Positions 8,527 to 19,393 of a stretch of DNA of 64,000 nt are shown here, in pieces (position 1 is the first letter of the stretch; each line of letters opens with the position of its first letter). The stretch lies in the IMG/VR virus record IMGVR_UViG_3300046170_000391. One strand, given 5' to 3'. The position numbers and the translations under genes are program-made. Under the pieces are notes generated by a model that was given only the letters and a program-made list of their open reading frames with translations, searched no databases and was not told the origin of the DNA. The stretch comes from a virus.

Positions 8527-11500
8527 TTATACTCCTGTCGCAGTTATGTCAACTGTTATATCGCCAGTATGACTACTTGCAAAATCGTTGTCTATCACAT
8601 CATATAATTTAAATGTTAGACTAGTAGCACTGCTCGCAGTTACGAAAGCAGTTTGTGCAGTAGCAGTACCAACAGGTGTTATAGCAAACACGGGTCTTCT
8701 TGTGAATCCTGCAGATGAAATATCTACTACTTTTGCATATGATGCTTTATCAGCAGTTACTGCTGCGTATGTTACGGTATCTGTAAAAATTTCTGTTTCT
8801 CGTTCTAATGTATAACGAAATTTATCAATTGTAAAGTCCACTTGATCTGGATTACTGTTGTTTACAACAAATTTTAATTGGAACTGTCTTAAATTTCGTA
8901 TTCCAGCCTCATAAGGTACAAAACCGTCATTAATTCCGGCGAATTCTGTCACATCAATATTTCCAGTTGCAAAACCTCCGGCGGCTACTGATGCATATAA
9001 AGCGGAATTAGCACTAGTTGTAGTTCTAATAAATGTCTGATTTGTGACTGATCCTAAAGGTCCTTCAAAAGTTTCTGACGATGCAAAGTCACTAAATTGC
9101 TTTAAATCAACTAATAAATAAGAAGTACCCGCGCTAGAAAGATTAGCGTAAGCATTACTTCCTGTAGGGTCTCCATTAGCAAAAAATGTTTCACCTAATT
9201 TAAGAGTACTAGCATCAATAGTGCCGGCAATCAGAGCAGTAACATTAGAGTTAGCATAGTCTCCAAAGTCTACTACCCCTGAAGAAGTATAAGTCGTAAA
9301 ACCAGAAGAATCAAGAGCAGAGGTTAGTCCTGAATTTGTATAGACTTGAAGGGTAGTCGCGCTTGCTCTTTTTAGGTATATCTCTCTATTGTTCATCTCC
9401 TCCATTCCAATAATGTCATGAAGAATAGCTCGGTAGTCGGCATCAATTGTAGCTACATCACAGGTTTCATTACCTGACCCTCCAATTATTGACGAAGGAA
9501 TAGTTAAGGTATCATCTACTGTATAATTTGCTCCTCCAGTTGTAATAGTGACAGAGTTAACGGCCCCAGAAGAAACTACAACCGTAGCTTCTACCCCAAC
9601 GCCGGCACCTGCATCAGTCAATGCTACGCCTGTATATGTAGCATTAGTATGATCAGAATGATTAGTAGAAATAGTATCCACAGTTAAGACAGGACCAGTA
9701 GCATGGTTGATTCCATGTTCTGATCCACTAGTAGTTATGACTGCAGGATTAGCCTTAGTTATGCCAGTGATATTAATTACGTTTCCAGTATAATTACCAT
9801 GAGAATGAATTGCGTATACATTACCTGCCGCAGACGTACTCATTAAGCTTCTGTTATTAGAATCATACCTAATCGAACTAGTGCCTGTAAAAGTTGTATT
9901 ACTAAATCCTAAAATAGATCCTAGTCCTCCAAAACTAGTATCTTTTATCTGACCAGCAGATGTTGCCTCAGTAGCACTTTCGATAATTTGATTGTGTTGA
10001 TCAAAAAAAGTAGATTGTGTCGATTGTGATCCTTGAATGTCTACAAGTATTGCTCCGTTTACAGTTTGCCCAAAATCTCTAATTTCTGTAACGTATTCTG
10101 CACTTGCATCTGCTAAAAGATCAGTAGGTAAGTTTGTAATAGCTGAAAATCCAGAAGATGAGGCATTAGCATTATCAACTAATGTAGAAGGGTTATCAGT
10201 GCCTGGAGAAGTACTGTCCTCTTTAAATCTTACTACTCCCCCAAATAAAGTATCACTGAAAGGAGGGAATCTATTTTGTCCTGAGTTTGTATTCGTAATG
10301 TCGGTAAAATTAGAACTTGGATCGTCTTCACTATAAGCTGCTATAACAGTGTTTAAAGCAGGTCTCACAGTTGTTATTGTAATACCCACCACACTATCAC
10401 TGAAATTACCACTAGTATCACGAGTTCTTGCTAAATAAGTAAAAGTACCAAAAGTATCAATAGGAATTGACTTTCTATTAACCCCAGCGGCTACGGATAC
10501 AAAAGGAATACCTGCTACAAAGGTAGTCAAATTAATTGCTTGTTCACCTTGTATCTTTTTGATAACGACTTCTTTTAGATCTAGATCTTTAAGTTCATCA
10601 TTAACTCTTTCATACTCCCAAAACAGAGTAATCTGATCAGTCTGTTGTCCCCCAGTAAAATTAAATACGTTTGCGGGGGCAGCTGTTTTACCTATAATTG
10701 AATGTGTGATAGTGCTTGGAATACCTCGTATATCTTTATTCAGGGGAGTTACTTTAATCACTAACGAATTTGAGCTTACAGAAGGGCCCCTATTAATGCC
10801 ATTTATAGTGAATCGTATTTTTCCATCACTCTCCACGCCTGTAGCAGATACTTTTGAGGTATTAAAAGAAGTTAAGTCATTGTCAGCCCCGGTGCCTCCA
10901 ACATCGTCGCCAATATTTTCTAACTTATAAGAAATCTCATAGTCAGTTACCTCTTGCCCAAGTATGTGTGTAAATACTACAGTAGCTCTCACAGCCACTC
11001 CTGAAGTTTGCTCTCTATATAGAGACTCTTGTACTTGTAAGTCACTTACTTTTGACACAGGAAGTTTTTGTACAAAAATATTTTTTTCTACATAAGGACT
11101 TCTTCTACCAAAAGAATTAACATTTCTAGCTCTAATAGAACTTAATCCTATAGGAAGTTCTTTTATAAGGTTGTCTTGTGTTAAAAATAATTGATCGTAG
11201 TCACTATTAAGGTGAATATCATAGATAAAATTATTACCTAACCTAAAATTACCGGGGTAAACACTTTCATCATAATCAAAGGTGCAAGTGTTTGCTGATA
11301 CATTCGCAATGTCACCAATAGGATTTTGTGTAATATTCGTAAAATTTAACCCTGCTAATTCAGCGTTAGGAGATTCATTTAAAGTAAGTCTAAATATAGA
11401 ATTTGCGGTGAGCTGTACGTTATAAGAGGGACTTTCTGGATCGTAAGACGTTTGTGTGACCGCATAAGTATTATTAACAGCCACACTTACGTTATCACCT

Positions 11501-14500
11501 ATCTCTATTGCCGGTACTGTGTAGTGATCAATTTCTACTCTATATTCGGTGTCTCCGCCACTAACAGGATATTCAATATTTGCTAGACGACCAATACTCT
11601 TATTGGCATTGAGAGTATACTGACCTTTTCCTTTCTCAATACCATCGACATATAATCGTGTAAATATTTTATCTCTAGGTCTAACAGGAAGATCAATTAT
11701 CTCTGTAGATGTGCTAGTAAATGTATTAGTTACGCTAACTTCTTTAGAAGTTCCGCTCAGATAAAAAGAATTATTAGCAGTTAGAGTAGCATCTATAAGC
11801 TGAGTTAATTTTACGTAAAAAGGCAAGTCGGGTAAAAGATCTGATAATTTACTAGTACCAGTGACTGTATCTTTTATTTCTATAGTATCAGTGCTAAGTG
11901 TATGCGTAACAATATTAGCCGATATTTCTACAGTGTCAGGAGCAAAGGCTACAAAATTCTTCAAACTATTGATTCCTGTTTTTTCTTTTAAAGGAATACC
12001 AATCGAGTCAAATCCTTTAAGCCCTTGAAAAGTTCCATCATTCACTTCAAGAAGATGTTTAAAAATATTTCTATCTTGTACAACTTTAAGTCCTTCAACT
12101 ACTAGTTTAACATTAGAAGTACCGTCTGAATGTGTAATAGTGCTAAAACTGTTACACAGTAATTTAATCTCCCCTACAGGTACATTAAATCCATTTTTAC
12201 CCGTAATAGTAGCAGACCCAATGTCGTCTGTAGCAATTGCAGCACTATTATCTACTGTTAACGAAAGTACGCTCTGATGGGTGTTATTAATAGCAGTAAA
12301 ACTGCTAGGACGAGCTATTTCATATTCTGTAGTATATTTTCCTGCATAGTTTAGGCGTTCTGTTGACTCATCTATTAGAATATCTGTAGTTATTGACCCG
12401 TCCTGTCTTCTGCGAGGCAATTTTGTTAAATTAAATTGCGGAGGAGGTGGAGGAGTAAAAGGGCTTTCAATATCTATGTAAGCAGTCGGGGTATAGTCAA
12501 TAAAATCATCTGAATCAGTGTAAACGTTTGATACGTACTCTTTAGCTACTATAGCAACAGTTTCTTCTTCTGTTTTTCTTTCAATTTCTGCAACAGTGAA
12601 TAGCTTTCCAGCTTTATTTGTATATATATTAGTAGTATCTTCCCACTCACCAATACTCCACAAATCACCTTTTTGGGGAACACTATTTGCCTGAAAGGCA
12701 GATAAATCTTCTAAATTTTTTGTAATTGGATTGAAACGTTTTATAGCTTTTACACGAATAAAATCATCACCTACAGAGTTATTACCTGAATCTATAAACT
12801 CATAATCACTAGAGCTATCACTAAGAACATAAAGATCCATTCTGTCAGAATCAAGCTTAATTACCCGCAAAGCAACAGGATAGGTATTATTAGTAAATAC
12901 ACTGGTAGTAAGGGCAGGAAAAGTAAAATGCTCTAAAGTAACCTCTGTATCATCACTAGTCGTAACTGAATTATTTGCTACTTTTCCCCCAAAGCCATAA
13001 TTAATTCCAGTCATGTTTTGAGAAACAGAGATTAAGTCTCCTGGAGCAAGGCTCAGGGCATCTAAACTTGTTTCAAAACTTACTAGCCTTCTTAAATACC
13101 TAGAGGCGGCAATTTGATATTGAGCAAATCTCAAGGCTTGGCTTCTTCGAGTAACCCCTGCTAAATCAAGAGATAGGATATTTTCAATAGTGCTTCTATC
13201 TGCACCGTCGTTAGCATCAGCCATATCAATTCTTACAACTTCACGTTTATAATGATTAGTTGGCTCAATGTAGCTAACGTCAACCCCTGTTACTACATCA
13301 CTTTCTCTTCCTCCACTAATTTTAAATGATTTATCTTTAATATTTGCTTCGTTAAAAATCATATTAGGAAATTGATCCGGCCTATCAACTGCAAGTGACA
13401 GCTTTCCAAATGAATATACTACAGTGCCCCTAAAACTAGCAGCGATTTGATTTATGACATCCATAGTAGGTCCTTGATCAGATATTAACATATCAAGAAT
13501 AAATCTACGTTGTTTAATTAATGTACCTACAGGAGACCCTACTAGCGTTTGCCTGACGGTAGTAAATGTATTTCTAGGCTTATGCCTAAAAGATCCGTCA
13601 GCTATACCGTCAACTCCTATGAAATTTCCAGTAACATCGTCACAGGCATCACAGTACATGGCTGTTTGAAAAAATTTGTATTTATCTATATTTTCTTCAG
13701 GAATCCCAAGACCATAGGTGTTGTTTGTAAGAATATCATAAATCACCCACACAGGGTTCTGAGTCCAAGAATAAACAAAAGTACCATCCCAAGTGCCTAC
13801 ATAAATTTGTGCTTGATTAATATTTGATAATACAGTGCTGCCACTTTTTTGAAGTCGGTATCCGTTAGATAGACTAGTAGCTGCTATCTCTAACTGTCTC
13901 CAATCAATTTCTCCAGATGCTAGTATAGGTTGATTGTAGTTAGAAGGTACTTTAATAATAAGACCTTTTACTAACGAGGTGAAGTTAGGCATAGTGCCTA
14001 CATGTTCATTTAAAGCTTTGATCGCGTAACCAACAAGTGCAGTTCTAGGGTAGGCATAGGGCTGATTTTCAATCTCGTCCCAGCCAATAACTACAGTTAC
14101 TGAGCTAACTCTAGAATCCGTGCTTTCGTTAGTAAGTTTCTCGATATTAAATTTATATCCGTTATCACTCTTGCTAGCATTCGGTATTTTAACTTGTATA
14201 TTAAATTTAAAAGGTACATTTGTTTTACCCGAAATAGTCTTATCTTCCCTTTTAATAACGGAAGTCCCTGTCGAATCAAATACAGTAACCCTAACTTTTA
14301 CAGAATGTCCTTTTACGTCTCCATTGTCTTCTTGCTTAAATAACGAATTTATTTGAAACTTAAATCTCAAAACATCCCACGCAAAGGATGACGTTGGTTG
14401 TAAAGTAATTTTACTACTTTGCACCCCTGCGACGTTACCTTTTTTAAGAGTAACAGGAGATGCAAAATTTTGAGGAGTAACAGCTGCTTCGCCAAAAGTA

Positions 14501-14808
14501 TCTAGAGCAGCTTGGTTAATCGTGCCGGTACTAGTTAAAGTTTTAAAACGCTCAGTATTCTCAGACCCGTCTCCATCTATTTTAATGAGATCGTCAATAG
14601 AAGAATCATTTATCTCTATATCTTGAGGACCGTTTGGGTTAATACGATAAACAGGGCCCTCTCCGACAGCAGTAGTAATCATCATTATGTCTGTTGAAAA
14701 TAAAGAATTAGGTTCCTCATTGTAGCCACCGCCGCCGCCTCCGCCGCCTCCACCGCCGCCTTGGATAACAGGAACTTTTTTACCATTTTGGATAATATAA
14801 TTTTTCAT
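8527..14808 (-). CDS. Central tail tip/host-specificity protein (lambda gpJ-like, FnIII repeats)
   Basis: GEGP, YPRTAL, VKGLIIKVPSNY, WDGTF…WTQNPVWVIYDILTN…YGLG and PGDLI motifs. Confidence 0.92.
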   Translation of the reverse strand: MKNYIIQNGKKVPVIQGGGGGGGGGGGGYNEEPNSLFSTDIMMITTAVGEGPVYRINPNGPQDIEINDSSIDDLIKIDGDGSENTERFKTLTSTGTINQAALDTFGEAAVTPQNFASPVTLKKGNVAGVQSSKITLQPTSSFAWDVLRFKFQINSLFKQEDNGDVKGHSVKVRVTVFDSTGTSVIKREDKTISGKTNVPFKFNIQVKIPNASKSDNGYKFNIEKLTNESTDSRVSSVTVVIGWDEIENQPYAYPRTALVGYAIKALNEHVGTMPNFTSLVKGLIIKVPSNYNQPILASGEIDWRQLEIAATSLSNGYRLQKSGSTVLSNINQAQIYVGTWDGTFVYSWTQNPVWVIYDILTNNTYGLGIPEENIDKYKFFQTAMYCDACDDVTGNFIGVDGIADGSFRHKPRNTFTTVRQTLVGSPVGTLIKQRRFILDMLISDQGPTMDVINQIAASFRGTVVYSFGKLSLAVDRPDQFPNMIFNEANIKDKSFKISGGRESDVVTGVDVSYIEPTNHYKREVVRIDMADANDGADRSTIENILSLDLAGVTRRSQALRFAQYQIAASRYLRRLVSFETSLDALSLAPGDLISVSQNMTGINYGFGGKVANNSVTTSDDTEVTLEHFTFPALTTSVFTNNTYPVALRVIKLDSDRMDLYVLSDSSSDYEFIDSGNNSVGDDFIRVKAIKRFNPITKNLEDLSAFQANSVPQKGDLWSIGEWEDTTNIYTNKAGKLFTVAEIERKTEEETVAIVAKEYVSNVYTDSDDFIDYTPTAYIDIESPFTPPPPPQFNLTKLPRRRQDGSITTDILIDESTERLNYAGKYTTEYEIARPSSFTAINNTHQSVLSLTVDNSAAIATDDIGSATITGKNGFNVPVGEIKLLCNSFSTITHSDGTSNVKLVVEGLKVVQDRNIFKHLLEVNDGTFQGLKGFDSIGIPLKEKTGINSLKNFVAFAPDTVEISANIVTHTLSTDTIEIKDTVTGTSKLSDLLPDLPFYVKLTQLIDATLTANNSFYLSGTSKEVSVTNTFTSTSTEIIDLPVRPRDKIFTRLYVDGIEKGKGQYTLNANKSIGRLANIEYPVSGGDTEYRVEIDHYTVPAIEIGDNVSVAVNNTYAVTQTSYDPESPSYNVQLTANSIFRLTLNESPNAELAGLNFTNITQNPIGDIANVSANTCTFDYDESVYPGNFRLGNNFIYDIHLNSDYDQLFLTQDNLIKELPIGLSSIRARNVNSFGRRSPYVEKNIFVQKLPVSKVSDLQVQESLYREQTSGVAVRATVVFTHILGQEVTDYEISYKLENIGDDVGGTGADNDLTSFNTSKVSATGVESDGKIRFTINGINRGPSVSSNSLVIKVTPLNKDIRGIPSTITHSIIGKTAAPANVFNFTGGQQTDQITLFWEYERVNDELKDLDLKEVVIKKIQGEQAINLTTFVAGIPFVSVAAGVNRKSIPIDTFGTFTYLARTRDTSGNFSDSVVGITITTVRPALNTVIAAYSEDDPSSNFTDITNTNSGQNRFPPFSDTLFGGVVRFKEDSTSPGTDNPSTLVDNANASSSGFSAITNLPTDLLADASAEYVTEIRDFGQTVNGAILVDIQGSQSTQSTFFDQHNQIIESATEATSAGQIKDTSFGGLGSILGFSNTTFTGTSSIRYDSNNRSLMSTSAAGNVYAIHSHGNYTGNVINITGITKANPAVITTSGSEHGINHATGPVLTVDTISTNHSDHTNATYTGVALTDAGAGVGVEATVVVSSGAVNSVTITTGGANYTVDDTLTIPSSIIGGSGNETCDVATIDADYRAILHDIIGMEEMNNREIYLKRASATTLQVYTNSGLTSALDSSGFTTYTSSGVVDFGDYANSNVTALIAGTIDASTLKLGETFFANGDPTGSNAYANLSSAGTSYLLVDLKQFSDFASSETFEGPLGSVTNQTFIRTTTSANSALYASVAAGGFATGNIDVTEFAGINDGFVPYEAGIRNLRQFQLKFVVNNSNPDQVDFTIDKFRYTLERETEIFTDTVTYAAVTADKASYAKVVDISSAGFTRRPVFAITPVGTATAQTAFVTASSATSLTFKLYDVIDNDFASSHTGDITVDITATGV

Positions 14809-14811
14809 TAA

Positions 14812-15549
14812 TTAAAACCTACTTTGTACGGTAGGAGAGTTATTCTTACCGTGTACTGTTGAATCTAAATAACCACTTATTAATTGACCTGCTACACGAT
14901 GTAGTCCGTAAATTAGAGGAATAGGCATCCCACTATCAACAGTGGCTCGTAGAGATCCAAACATATTATTTTGCCTAACGTCTTGATCAGTTTGTTTGTT
15001 ATTTTTTGGTCTCTTCGTAAAAAGAGACGTAGCAAGAGCGAGTCCTGCGTTAACAGCTAAAGTTTGTCCTACTGTGCCTAATCCTGCCCAAGCCATACTA
15101 GCTCCTGCACTTAGACCTGCTGCACCTCCTCCAGCCGCTGTAAAAGCAGTGCCTGCTGAGGTAGCTCCTCCCATGGCGCCAGGACTCATTCCTAACCCGG
15201 CAGAAGCACCTCCTGTGTAAATAGCGGCTGCTGCTAAAGCGGCAAACATAAGGTATTTACCAGTTTTACCTCCGCCCCCTACAAAAGCAGGAACCAAATA
15301 GAAACTATCACCCTCTTTTATTTTTTTTATCCATAAATCTTGCTCAGTTATTACATTTTTATTCTTGTCTAAAAGACAAAACGTTTCATCTATTAAGTCA
15401 AGCTGTGAACTATTAATATAATTTGAAAATTTACGATTAGACGAGTTTAGATATATTAAGGCATCAGCATATGTTACTAGATCTATATTATGTTCTAGTT
15501 CATGAAAAAAAGATTTATAGGCTGAATGGATCTTAATCCTAGTTATCAA
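14812..15549 (-). CDS. Tail assembly protein I-like (ubiquitin-like fold)
   Basis: LVPAFVGGGGK, hydrophobic segment and GMPIPLIYG…VAGQLIS. Start re-placed at TTG 15549 (SD GAGGAG). Confidence 0.85.
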   Translation of the reverse strand: MITRIKIHSAYKSFFHELEHNIDLVTYADALIYLNSSNRKFSNYINSSQLDLIDETFCLLDKNKNVITEQDLWIKKIKEGDSFYLVPAFVGGGGKTGKYLMFAALAAAAIYTGGASAGLGMSPGAMGGATSAGTAFTAAGGGAAGLSAGASMAWAGLGTVGQTLAVNAGLALATSLFTKRPKNNKQTDQDVRQNNMFGSLRATVDSGMPIPLIYGLHRVAGQLISGYLDSTVHGKNNSPTVQSRF

Positions 15550-15910
15550 GATGTTTCTCCTCAAACTTATCAAACATAAGTGCGTCAATAGTATCGTTAT
15601 ACCAGTATATGTAAAATTTATTATTAAAACCAACTAAAAATTTATACTCTTGGAATGCTGCTCCTGTTTTATCTTCTTTACTTGGAATAGGATTATCGTC
15701 TCCAGGATGAGAGTGAAAAATTCCCCAAATATTTCCATCATATTCTACAAGAGCTTTAGGGTCTAACCAAAAAGTGATAAGAGGTTGTTCACTTATGTTT
15801 TGGCAGGGAATGTACTTAAAATCATTGGTTATAATACCTACAGCCTCACGAGGATAATCTCGTAAGGCATGATTATTCATATCTTCCTTTAGTTTATTAA
15901 ATTTTTCCAT
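15539..15910 (-). CDS. MPN/JAB (JAMM) domain tail protein (gpK N-terminal half)
   Basis: PREAVG…FHSHP…PSKED, an intact JAMM motif. Confidence 0.9.
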   Translation of the reverse strand: MEKFNKLKEDMNNHALRDYPREAVGIITNDFKYIPCQNISEQPLITFWLDPKALVEYDGNIWGIFHSHPGDDNPIPSKEDKTGAAFQEYKFLVGFNNKFYIYWYNDTIDALMFDKFEEKHLDN

Positions 15911-16317
15911 CTAAATTTCTTTACTGTGTATTGTTTAAAATACCTGTGATAAGTGTAAATACCACTAGGCCTATTTTCGATCATTTGTAGTATTTTATTA
16001 TTCTCTAAGTACATAGCACAGTGATTAACTACATTAGTAGACCCTAGACTCATTAATATTATGTCATATAGCTGTAAATCATAAACTTCAATCCAATCTC
16101 CGTTAGTTGAGTTGTCTAAAAAATGCTGATCGTTAGTTTTTTCAAACCAACGTTCATCTACCATATGCAAAAAATCACTAGATCTATAGGGAATTTTAAT
16201 GGAACACTCCTTTTCCCAGACATGGCATAGAAGGTTAAAACAATCCATACCTACTAATGGATCTGTTCCAAAAAGTTTATAAGGAATATTATTATATTTA
16301 TCATACCATTTTTTCAT
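15889..16317 (-). CDS. NlpC/P60 family tail protein
   Basis: GMDCFNL…NHCAMY motifs. Confidence 0.85.
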   Translation of the reverse strand: MKKWYDKYNNIPYKLFGTDPLVGMDCFNLLCHVWEKECSIKIPYRSSDFLHMVDERWFEKTNDQHFLDNSTNGDWIEVYDLQLYDIILMSLGSTNVVNHCAMYLENNKILQMIENRPSGIYTYHRYFKQYTVKKFRWKNLIN

Positions 16318-16690
16318 GACGATATACAGTGCATAAACGGTTCATCCAATATTCGGATAAAGTTTCTACACATGAGACTCCCCCTTCTTCAATGTGAAGT
16401 AATTTAGTTGGTTTCAGAAATAAACCAAAATGAATTATATGATTTGTCTTCGTACTCTTAAAAGACATTACATCATAATCTCGTGCGTCTGTCAATTCTA
16501 CTTTTACAAACGCTTTAAGAGCCCACTCATCTACGTTTTCAGTGGTGAATTGTTTCATCCAAGCCCTAGATTTAACATAAGTTGGTAACGGAAACTCAAG
16601 AGAAAGTTCGTCTGTGTATAATAGCCTAATAAGCTCAATACAATCAATAACTCCGTATTGATGACGAAGACCTAAATATTTTTGTACCAC
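16301..16690 (-). CDS. NlpC/P60 family tail protein (second copy)
   Basis: YLG…DCIEL…HFGLF…LHI motifs. Confidence 0.85.
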   Translation of the reverse strand: MVQKYLGLRHQYGVIDCIELIRLLYTDELSLEFPLPTYVKSRAWMKQFTTENVDEWALKAFVKVELTDARDYDVMSFKSTKTNHIIHFGLFLKPTKLLHIEEGGVSCVETLSEYWMNRLCTVYRHEKMV

Positions 16691-17865
16691 GATACGTATT
16701 CCTTAAATACTGATTCAAAAGATTCGTCTCTTAAGACATCTAGTCTTTGCTGTTCCATTTTAAATTTTTTTAGTAAGTGAGAATCGTCTTTGTTTTTTAG
16801 AAAAAGTAACCAATTACGAATTTGGGCTAAATCACTTGAATCCAGTTCTGAACTATTATCATAAGCAAATTTTTTGTAAAGACTGACTATCGATTTTTTT
16901 GCGTTTTGTGGTAGACAGGTAATTGATAAATAATCTGGTTCTATTAAGGTTGTTCCATAATAATTAAAATTATTTTTCTTACACCAAAGAATTAAATCAG
17001 GCATTGACGTGATACTATATATACTTACAACTGAACTGATTGAAGATATGTAATCTTTAAAAGTTAAACAATTACGCTCAAAAGTTTTCCACTCAAGGCC
17101 TTTTCTGTTATATTCAGCCCTTGTACCATAACCATCAACACTGGGCCACAATTTCACAGATTTAAACTTATCCCAATAAGTCTTGAGATCAAAGTTTTTA
17201 TACTTTGTGTGGCTCAAGTTTGTGTTATACTGTAAATTGATGTTCTTAGAGCATCCAGAAGTAATAAGAGCCTCTAATAGCTTATAATGACCGTCTTGAA
17301 TAAAAGGCTCACCGCCAGCAAAGTACACATCTGTTAATGATGGTATTATTAAAGGCAAACTTTTCCATAATTTATCATTATTAGTAAAATGATCAATAAC
17401 TTTTGAAAAAGGTTGTTCTGAATCTCTATACCAACTAGTGGAAGATTCGGGACCACAGGTTCTACATTTAAAATTACATAAATTACCAAACCTTATATCG
17501 AGATATTTAGGATACGAGTCTAATGACCCATCGTCTTTAGTTTCGTTTTGTAAATACGTAAGATGCTTAAATCTTTCATTAACTTGAAGTCTGTTACTAT
17601 CTCCACCAAATTTTTCTTTGTCATAACACGCAGTTTTACACACAGAAGGGCAGGTTCCAGATAAAAATCCTTTTCTTATTTGTTTATATCTATCACCGTT
17701 CCAAACTTTTTCAATATCTTCTTGTGACGACCCTACCTTACCATCAAGTGGTTGAATATATTCTGCGTGACAACAAACGTGAAAGTTACCAGATAAACTT
17801 CCAAACAAATGCATCCAAGGGAGTATACACCCTTTAAGTTCTTGGGATTGTTCTTCCTGTTGCAG
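16672..17865 (-). CDS. Radical SAM enzyme with N-terminal SPASM/Twitch domain
   Basis: CILPWMH…VCC…CPSVCKTAC, CNFKCRTC, FAGGEP, YNTN and SVDG. Frame extends upstream of ATG 17814 to a CTG at 17865 preceded by GGAGG. Confidence 0.88.
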   Translation of the reverse strand: MQQEEQSQELKGCILPWMHLFGSLSGNFHVCCHAEYIQPLDGKVGSSQEDIEKVWNGDRYKQIRKGFLSGTCPSVCKTACYDKEKFGGDSNRLQVNERFKHLTYLQNETKDDGSLDSYPKYLDIRFGNLCNFKCRTCGPESSTSWYRDSEQPFSKVIDHFTNNDKLWKSLPLIIPSLTDVYFAGGEPFIQDGHYKLLEALITSGCSKNINLQYNTNLSHTKYKNFDLKTYWDKFKSVKLWPSVDGYGTRAEYNRKGLEWKTFERNCLTFKDYISSISSVVSIYSITSMPDLILWCKKNNFNYYGTTLIEPDYLSITCLPQNAKKSIVSLYKKFAYDNSSELDSSDLAQIRNWLLFLKNKDDSHLLKKFKMEQQRLDVLRDESFESVFKEYVSWYKNI

Positions 17866-19393
17866 GGAAACCTCCGAAATGAATTTGATTATTTCTTATT
17901 GTACAGGATATTATTGACTTGCCACATACGTCACCCCCTGCAGACGCAGTTTGATTATTTGCTGCTATAGGATTTGCATTAGATGTTTTACTAGTGCCAG
18001 GAATGCTTAAACCTCCTGGTCCAGGATATTGGCATTCAGCCCCTTTATATACCCATTGACACGTATTTTTATAAAATTTACGCTTCGGAGTAGCAAGCTT
18101 AAAATACTGTAACCAAGATATTAGATTAAAGGTTGCAACAGAATCTGCTAGACCTTCTAATTGATCTATTTTAAATTTGTCTTCAATATATGATTCTGTA
18201 TCACTATCAGCATTCACTATATAAATAGGCTCATTAAAAGAAGTGCCTGCATCAAGCTCATTTGATAAAAATAAGAAGCTTTCTTCTTCAATAGCCTGTA
18301 TAGTAGCCGTAGTAGCACTATTTTTTGCTCTTACTGTGTCTCCTACCCTATAAGGTAGACTGTTATGAACTTCAACTACATTTGATCTAACAGAACGTAC
18401 AACACTATATTCAGGCCAATAATCAAGAAAATTAGCAAAAGTTGTCTTAACCTCTACTACTCCTCCTAGTAAGTCTCTTGTATCAAGTTTTTGCTCTACC
18501 CACGTGCCTCCTACGGATAATGTCTGTGTCCTATCAAAAGAAGCATTAGCTGATCCGTAGGTATCTTGAATACTACTACTATAAGCTAACCCGTTTGCTC
18601 TAGCCCTAGTTAAGACGTCAAAGCCTTCAGTACCTGCTGACCCAAAATCTGAAGGATTAGCATTTACAGTTCTAGGATCTATACCGTGTACTAATTCTCC
18701 ATTAACAATGGCTTGTACAGAATTTGAAGAGTTATTACCTGCTAAAAAAGGATCTTCAGTGATTCTAGTAATTATATCGTCCACATTGAATACAGTAAGA
18801 GATAGTTCATCAATTTTACCTTCAGAGCCTTGAGCAAGAGCGGACATGTTGACGGGAAATGGTATATAAGAATCATTACCATAACTTACATTATATAGTA
18901 TATCAGAGCCTAAATCTCCATTAACCTCTGCAAATCTAACAGGGAAACCATTGGGCCAAGCTTTACCTTCACCTTGCCCTGTGGGGTTACCTTTAACATT
19001 AGGAGGATACCACTCACCTGGATAATATATGGTATATAATCTAACTATAGGATTTTGAGTAAAAGCATTTTTTGCAGCTTTAAAGTTACTTTGAGCGATT
19101 GAAGAAATTGTAGCAGTAGCGGTAGTAGAGTTGCCACTAAAGGTATTAGATAAAAAAGGAGTTGTAGTTAAAGTAGAACTACCACTAGTAGTAATCGAAT
19201 TGGATCTTATACTTTCTGCTGCTTTAAAATCTTGTAAGAGATTATTTTTTTTAATTTTTAAAGTATTATCAGTAGGGTTTACATTAGCGATGACGCCAGT
19301 AGTGCCGGAAGTTACTCCAACAACAGCGTTACCATTTACAAAACCACTAACACTATTAACGCTTAATATTACATCATAAGCCCGCGCACTCAT
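17834..19393 (-). CDS. Minor tail protein L-like (Fe-S binding C-terminus)
   Basis: CQWVYKGAECQY…DVCGKSIISC…FGGFPA, a lambda gpL-type Cys pattern. Confidence 0.88.
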   Translation of the reverse strand: MSARAYDVILSVNSVSGFVNGNAVVGVTSGTTGVIANVNPTDNTLKIKKNNLLQDFKAAESIRSNSITTSGSSTLTTTPFLSNTFSGNSTTATATISSIAQSNFKAAKNAFTQNPIVRLYTIYYPGEWYPPNVKGNPTGQGEGKAWPNGFPVRFAEVNGDLGSDILYNVSYGNDSYIPFPVNMSALAQGSEGKIDELSLTVFNVDDIITRITEDPFLAGNNSSNSVQAIVNGELVHGIDPRTVNANPSDFGSAGTEGFDVLTRARANGLAYSSSIQDTYGSANASFDRTQTLSVGGTWVEQKLDTRDLLGGVVEVKTTFANFLDYWPEYSVVRSVRSNVVEVHNSLPYRVGDTVRAKNSATTATIQAIEEESFLFLSNELDAGTSFNEPIYIVNADSDTESYIEDKFKIDQLEGLADSVATFNLISWLQYFKLATPKRKFYKNTCQWVYKGAECQYPGPGGLSIPGTSKTSNANPIAANNQTASAGGDVCGKSIISCTIRNNQIHFGGFPATGRTIPRT

